Source: a virus (lineage: Duplodnaviria > Caudoviricetes). Taken from it: 30,336 nucleotides of DNA. The translations under genes and the position numbers were made by a program. Below the pieces are notes generated by a model. That model was given only the letters and a program-made list of their open reading frames with translations. It was not told the DNA's origin and ran no database searches. How positions within the stretch are numbered: the first letter of the stretch is position 1; each line of letters opens with the position of its first letter. The stretch lies in the IMG/VR virus record IMGVR_UViG_3300034092_000330, positions 1 through 30,336 of that record, one strand, 5' to 3'. Positions 17,379-26,400 of this stretch are shown here, piece by piece.

Positions 17379-17671
17379 ACCGCAACACTCCAATACAGAC
17401 TCTTCCTAAGCCTCCATCGCAATACGATCAAACCTATTTCGACTCTCTTATCAAGAATCTAGGGATCCATATATATAACCAAAGGATTCCTGGAGAGATG
17501 GTGGGTGCATCTATCATGCTCCTGCAATGCCCAAGAAGTGGATACGGGCTTAGAGAAGGCATGGTGTGGGCAGATGGAGATGGAGTGCTAAAGATTGTAT
17601 TGCAAGGACAAGTCTTTGCTCCAAGCAACACGTTAAAGATTAAACTGGGTACGGTGACGGTAACGACATGA
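17375..17671 (+). CDS. Conserved small tail-associated protein
   Basis: LP.PP.QYD..YF..L...L motif; ATGA overlaps on both sides. Confidence 0.65.
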   Translation: MNRNTPIQTLPKPPSQYDQTYFDSLIKNLGIHIYNQRIPGEMVGASIMLLQCPRSGYGLREGMVWADGDGVLKIVLQGQVFAPSNTLKIKLGTVTVTT

Positions 17672-18756
17672 GCAAAGGTATTGAGTCTCTTGCAAGGCAG
17701 GTAGCTGCTAAAGGCCGGGGCGGGGATTCCGCCCTTTTGCATATTCATCCCAGCGAATTGAAGGGGATGGAAGCGATACTGCGCCAGTTGGATCCTGAGA
17801 TTCGGATTACGCTGAATCCGGAAACCGGGATGTACGAAGCTTTCTCCTGGAAGAAATTGCTAGGGGCGATAGGATTAGGTGCGGCGGCTGCTGGTCTCAC
17901 CATATTTACTGGTGGCGCTGCTGGTGGTCCAGCCGCAAAGATGTTTGGTGCTGGTATGTCTTCGCTACTTAAGACAGTAGCCTTACCTGCTGCAATCGCT
18001 GGCGCTACTGGCCTAGCCGCTGGAGCGGTTGCGCCAAACCAAAAGAAAAGCAATCAGCAGCAACTGTCGGATGCCCGTAAATATATCGAGGGCATCAACG
18101 AGAGAGAGTATGCTCGTCAAAGATTCGCGATTCCTGGCGTTGCTCAACTCAATCAGGCTCCCGCTCAGCAACAGCCTCAGCAGCAGGGTCAAGGGATTGG
18201 TGCTGTACTCCCGATGGGGACCCCGCTTTTCAATTTTCGGCAAGCACTAGCTACCCCTGCCCCTCCTGCCCCTTCCGAAGACGATGAGACTAGGAGCTTC
18301 GCAGAGGGAGGTTCTCTCGAGCCTGAGGAAGAGAAGGCGCAGGAGATTATACGCCGCGCCATGGAAGCGATACGAGGGGAAGGCGAGGACCCAGAAGGGG
18401 CCTTGAATATCTACATCGCGTACTACGGAAAGGATGCACTTCAGGATCTGCACAAGCGGATGTCTGGAGAGGAAGCGCCGGAAGAAGAGAGCGAGTCTCC
18501 TGAGGGCTTGATAAAGGGTCCTGGCAACGGCATGGATGACATGGCGACTGCTCGTATGGCGCGAGGAGGGCAGAAGGTTCTCCTGTCTAACGATGAGTTT
18601 ATTATCCCTGCGGATGTTGTCTCTGGTTTAGGAGACGGCAGTAGTGAAGCTGGCGCGAGAAAGCTGTACGCAATGATGGATCGAGTGCGGAAGGACCGTA
18701 CTGGGACAACGAAACAACCTGGAAAGGTAAAGGACAGCAGGGTACTCCCTGTTTAG
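17668..18756 (+). CDS. Putative internal/ejection protein 1
   Basis: N-domain GRGGD..L.HI.P.E...NPETG.YE, Gly/Ala hydrophobic segment, FAEGG, and C-domain GPG.G.DD...LS.DEFIIPADVV. Confidence 0.7.
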   Translation: MSKGIESLARQVAAKGRGGDSALLHIHPSELKGMEAILRQLDPEIRITLNPETGMYEAFSWKKLLGAIGLGAAAAGLTIFTGGAAGGPAAKMFGAGMSSLLKTVALPAAIAGATGLAAGAVAPNQKKSNQQQLSDARKYIEGINEREYARQRFAIPGVAQLNQAPAQQQPQQQGQGIGAVLPMGTPLFNFRQALATPAPPAPSEDDETRSFAEGGSLEPEEEKAQEIIRRAMEAIRGEGEDPEGALNIYIAYYGKDALQDLHKRMSGEEAPEEESESPEGLIKGPGNGMDDMATARMARGGQKVLLSNDEFIIPADVVSGLGDGSSEAGARKLYAMMDRVRKDRTGTTKQPGKVKDSRVLPV

Positions 18757-18764
18757 GAGCAGAT

Positions 18765-21700
18765 ATGGCAGATCCAATTCAGACTAATGTGCAATCTCAG
18801 GACATTCCTGAGTACTTAAGAGACTACCGTTCTGCTCTTCTTAACGCTGCGTTCTCCTCTGCCTTTACAGAGCCTTACCTGCGCCAGCAGTTTACTCAAG
18901 GAAGATTTGAGCAGTTGTTTGGAGGAGCAACTCCTTCCGCAACGAATCAACCGCCAAGCGGTGGAGGCGGAACTACCCCAGATAATACTCGTGCAGAGGC
19001 GGAATCTCAAGAGAAACAGGGGATTGCTGCTACTCTTCGGTCTCCTGGTTCCCGATTGCCTAATCTTCTAGGGATGGTCTACGATCCCAAGACCCGTACC
19101 TATATCCCTGAGGCGTACAGGGAAGTCGTAACGAGAGGTATGGCGAAAGGAGGGATGGTTGAAGACAGTGTTATCGAAAAGATCTTGAAGGAATATCAAG
19201 AACTTAGAGAGAATATGCCTGTTGGGTTGACGGCTGACGACAAAAGCACCAGTACTGGCTTTGTCACCGCTCCTGGTAGCACTAATCCATTCAATGTTAC
19301 TAGAGGTCCATCCGCAACTTCTGCCTACACGACCGACACTTTCTTCGATCCTGATTTAGAAAGATTTAATCGTCCTCCTGATATCACCCGTGGTCCAACG
19401 GTTAATATTGGAACTGATGTCACCGCACCTCCAGCTTCATATACTCCACCTTCATATACCCAACCTTCATACACTCCACCTCCTCGTGGCGGCAGGACTA
19501 GCGGTGGCGGCGGGACCGCCATCCCAGGTACTGGCGGGATTGTAGGTGGAGGTGCCGGGGTTGGCGCTGATGGCAGCCAAGACTATCGCATTCCTGTTGG
19601 CTCTACTGCTCCTCTTGCGTCGATTTATTCTCCTGGCGCTGCTGGTACAACTCAAACCCCAGCAGGGTATAACCCGAATCAATACGCCACGGATACTCAA
19701 GCAAGGGGCCTTGCTTCGCTCTTGGGAGGCTCTGTATCAAGCACGAATGTAGGGGGTCCTGTTTCCCCTCCACCTCAGAATCTAATCGAACTGGGAGGCT
19801 CTGACGCCTTTAACGCAGGGCTAGTTCAGCAGCAGCTTCGTCCTGGTCAGACTCCTAGTGAGATGACTGCTTCTCTTAATATGTTGAGAGCGGATGTCGC
19901 TCGTTCAGGAGGAGATGTCTCTGCTATCGACCGGATGATCGAAGAGAACAATCGCGCCTATGCTTCTGGCGCGAAGACTTCTAATGTGGGCATGGCGGGT
20001 GGTGGCTCTCTTGCTCAGTTTGATATTGGTGATGACGGCAAGGTAAAGAACTACCGCAAGGGTGGTGCTATTCGTAAGCAGCTTGGTGGTGGGTTCGCTC
20101 CTGGTGCCAAGCCTAGTACTGAAAAAAGTCCTGATGTCTTCAAGGCTATGGGCGGCTTTAATAAATCCGCCAATGTCCCTGCTATTGGGGCTGGTTTTTC
20201 TGGCCCTAATATCGGTGGGGTTGGTGCCGCTTCTACTCCTTCTATGGGAGGATTCCAGAATCTATTTGCCGCCGCGAATCCAAATCTTGCTAGCAATTCC
20301 GGCATCGCGAATATCTTCAATCCTCCTCCTGTATACGGACAGCAGCGGATTATGCAGTTCGGTACTACTAGCAATCCTCTTGAGTTTGGGCAATACGCTC
20401 CTGGCGTTGGGTTCAAAGCAAGCGACATGACGCTGAATGCTTTGCGTGGCGCTGGGAATCTTCCTAGTGTCTTTACCCCTGAAGGTCAGATCAGTGCTGG
20501 GACTGACTTCGGTAAGGGTGTAAGGAACATCAACTACGCTACCGACATTGCGGGAGACGCTGCTACCGCTGGCCGGGAATTCCTCGAGCGGACCATGCGC
20601 TCTCAGGATCAAGATAGCTACCTGATGAGCTTGATGCCTGGGATTAAAGAGATGGGCTTCAAGGGTCCGATCAAAATAGATCCCTTAACCGCGCCCAAAA
20701 TCGGGGATCCCACTGGGGTGACCGCTGCTAAGCTAGAAGATTTTCAACTAGATAAGCCTGTAGGTGTATCTGGAGAAAGCATCGACATCTTGGGTCGGTT
20801 GGGTGGGGTTAACGCTGCGCAGGTTCAGGGTGTGCCTCAGGTTCAGCAATTCCAGATGGGCCCAGCGGAGCGAGTCGCTGCTGATCGTACACGGGTAGAA
20901 GCCTTCGGTCAGCCTCAGGCTCAGCAGTATATGTCTCCGTACATGGATGCCGTTGTGGAAGCGCAGAAGCGAGAAGCTGCTCGTCAAGCGGCAATGCAGA
21001 AAGCAGGCCGTAGTGCGTCGGCTGTACGCGCTGGTGCCTTCGGCGGCAGTCGTCAGGCTATCCAGGAAGGGATGGCAGAGGAAGCTCTTCAGCGCCAGAT
21101 TGGAGACATCGAGGCAGTAGGAAGACAGAAAGCATTTGAGAGTGCTCAAAGCCAGTTTGAGAGAGATCGTGCTGCTTCTCTTGCGTCTCAGCAGGCGAAC
21201 GTGCAGTCTGCTTTGCAGGCGGCCCTCGCCAATCAACAAGCTGGTGTGACGACAGGTAGAGAGAACTTGGGCGCTTCTCTTGCTGCCCAACAGCTTGGCA
21301 CCCAGACGGCATTGCAGGCTGCTCTTGCCAATCAACAGGCGCGGCAGCAGGCAGGTCTTACGGAGTACGGCACAACGGCAGACATTCTCCGTGGTCAGTC
21401 TGCTCAGAATCTTCAGGCTGCTCTTGCCAACCAACAGGCTGGCCTCACGGCTGGGCGCGAGAACCTCGCTGCTCGTCTAGGGACGCAGCAGCTTGCTGCA
21501 CAGCAGGCTCTACAGGCCCAGTTAGCGAATCAACAGGCTGGCTTGACAGCACAGCAGGGCAATGTACAGTCTGCTTTAGCTACCCAGCAGTTGGCGACAC
21601 AAGCTGGACTTGAAGCGGCAAAGGCTTCTCAGTCTGGGGACTTGTCTACTTGGCAGATGCAGTTGGATGCGATTAAGCAGGCTTCTGCGGAGCAGGAAGC

Positions 21701-22085
21701 GGCTCGTCAGCGTGGCTTCCAGAACAGACTGGCGGCGATGCAGCAGACTCAGGCTGGCGCTGCTGGCTTGGCGGGTCTAGGCTCTACGATGATGAACATC
21801 CCTGGCGTGGCGCAGCAGCTTGAACTGCAACGTCTGGCCGCGATGCAGCAGGCTGGTGGAGCGGTTGACGCTCGTACCCAGCAGGCAATGGATCTTGCAT
21901 ATCAAGACTTTATCAACCAGCAGAACTTCCCATATCAGCAGATGAACTTCTTGCAGGGTATTCTAGGTGGTGTCCCGACTGGTATGCAGGTAGAGGGAGT
22001 TCAGTTCCAGCGTCCTGCGGGTGGAGGCTTGAGTGGCCTTATCAGCGCTGGCGGCGGTCTCCTCATGAATCAGTTGAACAAATAG
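18765..22085 (+). CDS. Putative internal/ejection (DNA transfer) protein 2
   Basis: RBS AGGAG; 1106 aa; IPEY N-motif, YMSPY...V, AGAFGGSRQ, ANQQAG coiled-coil repeats, D.AYQDF..QQ.FPYQQ, Gly-rich hydrophobic C-terminus. Confidence 0.75.
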   Translation: MADPIQTNVQSQDIPEYLRDYRSALLNAAFSSAFTEPYLRQQFTQGRFEQLFGGATPSATNQPPSGGGGTTPDNTRAEAESQEKQGIAATLRSPGSRLPNLLGMVYDPKTRTYIPEAYREVVTRGMAKGGMVEDSVIEKILKEYQELRENMPVGLTADDKSTSTGFVTAPGSTNPFNVTRGPSATSAYTTDTFFDPDLERFNRPPDITRGPTVNIGTDVTAPPASYTPPSYTQPSYTPPPRGGRTSGGGGTAIPGTGGIVGGGAGVGADGSQDYRIPVGSTAPLASIYSPGAAGTTQTPAGYNPNQYATDTQARGLASLLGGSVSSTNVGGPVSPPPQNLIELGGSDAFNAGLVQQQLRPGQTPSEMTASLNMLRADVARSGGDVSAIDRMIEENNRAYASGAKTSNVGMAGGGSLAQFDIGDDGKVKNYRKGGAIRKQLGGGFAPGAKPSTEKSPDVFKAMGGFNKSANVPAIGAGFSGPNIGGVGAASTPSMGGFQNLFAAANPNLASNSGIANIFNPPPVYGQQRIMQFGTTSNPLEFGQYAPGVGFKASDMTLNALRGAGNLPSVFTPEGQISAGTDFGKGVRNINYATDIAGDAATAGREFLERTMRSQDQDSYLMSLMPGIKEMGFKGPIKIDPLTAPKIGDPTGVTAAKLEDFQLDKPVGVSGESIDILGRLGGVNAAQVQGVPQVQQFQMGPAERVAADRTRVEAFGQPQAQQYMSPYMDAVVEAQKREAARQAAMQKAGRSASAVRAGAFGGSRQAIQEGMAEEALQRQIGDIEAVGRQKAFESAQSQFERDRAASLASQQANVQSALQAALANQQAGVTTGRENLGASLAAQQLGTQTALQAALANQQARQQAGLTEYGTTADILRGQSAQNLQAALANQQAGLTAGRENLAARLGTQQLAAQQALQAQLANQQAGLTAQQGNVQSALATQQLATQAGLEAAKASQSGDLSTWQMQLDAIKQASAEQEAARQRGFQNRLAAMQQTQAGAAGLAGLGSTMMNIPGVAQQLELQRLAAMQQAGGAVDARTQQAMDLAYQDFINQQNFPYQQMNFLQGILGGVPTGMQVEGVQFQRPAGGGLSGLISAGGGLLMNQLNK
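19435..19479 (+). repeat. 3 x 15-bp in-frame tandem repeat (PSYT-type)
   Basis: CTTCATATACTCCAC / CTTCATATACCCAAC / CTTCATACACTCCAC. Confidence 0.85.
21180..21620 (+). repeat. LQAxLANQQA coiled-coil protein repeats (11/33-residue periodicity)
   Basis: Four LQAxLANQQA units with intervening GRENL/QQL blocks; recurrent DNA GCCAA(T/C)CAACA. Confidence 0.75.
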
Positions 22086-22092
22086 GTAGAGC

Positions 22093-23391
22093 ATGAATCT
22101 CATACAAGCAGCAGATCTTCTAAAGAACCTTTCTGACCAGCAGCTAGTGCAGGCGAATCAGAACCCTACGGCTGTCCCTCCGTATCTGGTGCTTGCCGAG
22201 ATGAAGCGCCGGGAACAGGTTCGTGCTGAATACGCAAAGTCTCAGGCTTCTCAGGCGCAGAACAAGTCTGTTGCTCAACAGACGGCAGAGAACCTGATGC
22301 AGCCTCAGCAGATGCAGATGCAGCAAGGGCAACCGCAGCAGGGACAGCCTCAGGGTATTATGCAGGCTGCTCCTCCTCAGGTTGCTGCCATGGCAGGAGG
22401 AGGTCATGTTGCTAGGTATGCAGACGGACCTCCGATCCAGCAGTTCCGGGAAGGGGTAGATAGGCTCAATCAGGGGTTGCAGCAGTTAAGATCAACCCCG
22501 GCGAGAATGGCAGACACCTCTGGTCTAGGGATAGACCCTAGCCAGATCCGTGGTCAGTTTGCAGCTAAACCTTTTGAGGATTATCTCGCTCAGATCAGGC
22601 AGTTGCAGGGAGAGACCGACTACGGTTCTGCTGAGAATGTTGTGCGCCAGCAGATGGAGCAGGCTAAGGCTCGTCGCCCTAGGTTGGGGGATGCTTTGAT
22701 TGCAGCAGGCGCTGCTATGGCATCCAACAGAGACAACCGCGTTGGCCTTGCCAGTCTCCTGGCACAAGGTATTGGTGTTGGATCTCAGGCTTACGATACT
22801 GCAAAGCGAGAACAACAGAAGGAATTAAATACTGCGATGCTGGCGCAGGTTGCTCTGGACAAGATGAAGCAGGACGAGCGCCAGAAGACAGGCGCTGCTG
22901 CCTTGCAACTCTCTCAGTTTGATCAGAGCAAATTAATCGAGGCGTATAAGGTTGCTCAGCAGAACCAGAGAACTCTCATCGAGGAACGCAATAAGGCTTT
23001 TCGCGAATCCGAGAAACGATTCTACGACTCGAAATTGAAAGAATCTGAGTTCCAAATGGAAGCCCTTAAAGGCGCTCTTGGGTTCCAGATGAATATGCAA
23101 CGGCTTGGATCCGAAGAGAGACAGGCAGCAATGCGTGGTGATCGCGGGGATCAAACAAAGAATGCGCTTGCTGGTGTATCTAACCAGCAAAACGCAATCA
23201 TTAAACAGATGGAAGCCACACAGAAGCAACTAGAGATGATTCCTCCTGGCGCTAAAGAAAGAGATGCTCTCAACAAAAGGTACATGAACCTAGAGAAGAG
23301 CCTTGATACATACAACGATGTCGTGCTCCCCACCATTCTTCAGCAACTCAAGATCCCTGTGATCCCAAGAATCAGTTCTAACCAGAAGTAG
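22093..23391 (+). CDS. Putative internal/ejection protein 3
   Basis: LK.LSDQQL....P..VP.YL.L.E..RR N-domain, Q-rich linker, MAGGGHVARYADG, Ala/Gly hydrophobic segment, long helical C-terminal part. Confidence 0.7.
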   Translation: MNLIQAADLLKNLSDQQLVQANQNPTAVPPYLVLAEMKRREQVRAEYAKSQASQAQNKSVAQQTAENLMQPQQMQMQQGQPQQGQPQGIMQAAPPQVAAMAGGGHVARYADGPPIQQFREGVDRLNQGLQQLRSTPARMADTSGLGIDPSQIRGQFAAKPFEDYLAQIRQLQGETDYGSAENVVRQQMEQAKARRPRLGDALIAAGAAMASNRDNRVGLASLLAQGIGVGSQAYDTAKREQQKELNTAMLAQVALDKMKQDERQKTGAAALQLSQFDQSKLIEAYKVAQQNQRTLIEERNKAFRESEKRFYDSKLKESEFQMEALKGALGFQMNMQRLGSEERQAAMRGDRGDQTKNALAGVSNQQNAIIKQMEATQKQLEMIPPGAKERDALNKRYMNLEKSLDTYNDVVLPTILQQLKIPVIPRISSNQK

Positions 23392-23416
23392 ACTATCATA
23401 TCTATCAGGTGACAGT

Positions 23417-26400
23417 ATGGCCGTAAAGCAAGTGTATGTAACGGGCTTCGGCCTTGTTGAAGTTCCTTCTGAATTGCAGGGGGATGAGTTGGTCAGGTAT
23501 GCAAACGCAGAAGCCGATAGGCTTTCTACTGCTGCTCCGACTGCCCCTGCTCCCAGCCAGGAGAAGCCTTCTCCCGGCCTTCTCTCTCAAGCTGGTGCTT
23601 TCTTGGGAAGCATTCCTGAGGGTATCGCTCAAGGCGTTGGCACTACTGTGTCTGGTATCGGCGCTCTCACTACGATTGACGCTCTCAAGCAGGCAGGCGA
23701 GGGGATCTCTCAGTTTGGAACTGACATATCCAAGGAATTGCTTGACGAAGAACAGCGCCAAAGTATGGGTGGCGCTGGGGGTCGTCTTGTCGGTAACATC
23801 GCAACCTACCTAGGCCCAGGTATCGTTGCGAAGGGGCTGGGGCTTGGTGGTCGTGGTGCGCTTGCTCTTAGCTCTGCTCTTTCCGGCGTGGGGGGAGCGG
23901 GAGAGCAGTCTCAGAAGATAGCGGAAGCGAGAAAGGAAGGCAAAGATATCTCTGAGGCCCAAGAGTTTGGGCTATCTGCTGCTGCTGGCGTAGGAACTGC
24001 TGCCTTAGAAGCGTTGCCTGTAGGCAAGTTCTTGAATCTTCCTGGCCTAAGAAATGTTCCTCTTATTGGGAAGCTACTGGCCGAAGGATTAGATCCTAAG
24101 GTAGTCAAAGAGATCGAGCAGAGGTTTGCAGGAGCCGCTGGGAAGGATGCTCTCATTGCGGATGCCTTACTGGAAGCAGATGCTGCGCGTAGGGCAAGGA
24201 TGGGATTGACTGGATACGCTGGCGCTGCCATTAAAGGTGGAGTAGTAGAAGCGCCAGTTGAGGGGGCGCAGAATACTCTTCAGAACTTCCTTGCTAATTA
24301 CGGATACAACCCTGAGCAACAGATAACAGAAGGCTTGAAAGAGTCTTTGATTGCGGGTGGCTTAGGAGGTAGCGCCATTCAAGGTGGCATCGAGATCTTC
24401 CAGGCTAAGCAGGCTAAAGCTGGATTGGAATCTGCTAGGGCAAGGGCCGTGCGTGAGCAGTCTGCCCCTCCAGTAACTCCTGAGACTGCGGCGCAGACGA
24501 CTTTATTTGTAGACCCCTTGACAGGAAAGTCTCGCGTTGTAGATCGAAAGACTCCGAAAGAAAAAGAAACTCAAAAGATTGCAGAGTCTATCGTTCAGGG
24601 TGGAGAAGTTCCTTCTGGGGTTGCTGGCCTGTTACCTGAGGGTGGCCCCGTTATGCGGTTCGATACGGAGGTGGGGACTATCGAGGTCCCTTCTAGCTTT
24701 ACCGCAGAAGATATCAATAAACGAATTGAAGAGATAAAGCAGGGAAGAAGAGAGCGTCAAGAGGCTGGCGAGGCGGCTGGCAGGTTATTCATCCAGAGTG
24801 ATTTAGAGAAGCAGCAAGCTGGATTCCAGAAGCAGCTACCTCCTGGCGGGGACTTCACCCAGGTTGAGACCAAGACGGGTAGGGTCCTAATGCTTCCTGC
24901 TGGATCCACTCAAGAACAGATCGACCAAGCCGATCAACAACTTCAAGAACTTGACGAACAGAACGAAAGATCTGCTGAGGCATCTCGTCGTCTTTACGAG
25001 AAGGCGCAAGAGGTAAAAGCAAAGAAAGACTTGAAGGACGCCAAGGCTTTCGCCAAGGCGAATCCTGATGTGGCGCAGAGCGTATTCTCCCAGATGGGTA
25101 TTGAATCCCCTGAGAGCTTAGCGCCTACGGATATTCCTGCGCTTGTTGATCTCATGATGGAAGAGACGTACAAGCGCCAGGAAACACTCGCCTCTGCCAG
25201 CCAAAGGATTGAGTCCAACTTCAGTATCGCTTCTGATCTGGCGCGGACGGAGTTCAAGCGTCCCCTAGGGAAGCTGACAGATACACAGAAGATTGAACTG
25301 GGATCTCTTGTCGATACTCGGCTTGAGATCAACAAGAAGGAATACGAAGACGCTGTAGAAGAGGCTGGCATTCGCACTGCTATGGGGGTAGAAGGCTCCA
25401 GTGTTGAGCCTGCGGATGTAAGGCAGAGACGCGCCGCGCAAGCAGTTTACGGCAAGCCTTACGAGAAACTAAGCAGGCCTGGATTCTTCCCTTCTGCTGT
25501 CCCCTCTACCTCTGAACAGGAGATTGTAGACAAGGCGGTCCAAGAAGGGGATATCAGGAGTCTGGAGATTACTCCGGAAGAGATCCTGGAGCGAAAGCAG
25601 TTTGAAGGTATGCCCTTCACTACGACTCAGTATCGGGAAGCTCAAGATGTTTTGAAGGCAAACCCTGATACGCCGATCACTACTTCTCTTCTCAAGAAAC
25701 AGTTTGATCTTCCTACTTCTGATGCTCTCAAGATGATATCTCTTATGCAAAAGCGTGGAGATATTGTAGAGGTAGACGGGAAGAACTTCGTTGAGCCTGA
25801 GGCTCCTGGCCCTCTCTATCAGTTGATAAAAACGACTCCTCCCTCAGGAGATACGACATTCAATCTGGCGCAAGAGACGAAGACTCAGAACGAGTTCGAT
25901 GAGAAGATAGCTTCTCAATACGCGCCGGATTTAGTAGAGGCGCTTAAGAAGCGCAAGATGGAAGACTTGTTCCTGTTAGGCATTACTAATGCTATTAGGG
26001 ATGCTAAGGGTGATATTGTTCCAGCTAATGGACAATACCTTGACAGGGTTATCTATCTTGCTACTTCGCCTGACGGTAGCGTCCGCTCGAAAGAGGCTAT
26101 GCTTGGCACCCTGGATCACGAGATTATCCACGGGATGAAGAAGTTGAATATGTTCTCCGATGCAGAATGGAGAATGCTGACGGATCGCTTCAAGGTTTCT
26201 TATCTGGGGGACATGGAGGATGAATACCGGAAGCACTACAGCGGGAGGAAGGATCTCGAGAACCTCCTGAAGGAAGAAGCGATTGCGAAAGCAGCGGCTG
26301 ATCTGGCTGTTAAAGATCCTCAGCGCTTGGACCCTGCTGCTAAGAGTCTAGTTAAGAAGGTTGAATCGTTCCTTGGGTTTGGTCGCACTGCTGCCCAGAT

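Noticed and set aside
19435-21620. Short repeats as a CRISPR-like array
   Set aside because: In-frame coding repeats with no constant repeat and unique spacer structure; no cas genes.
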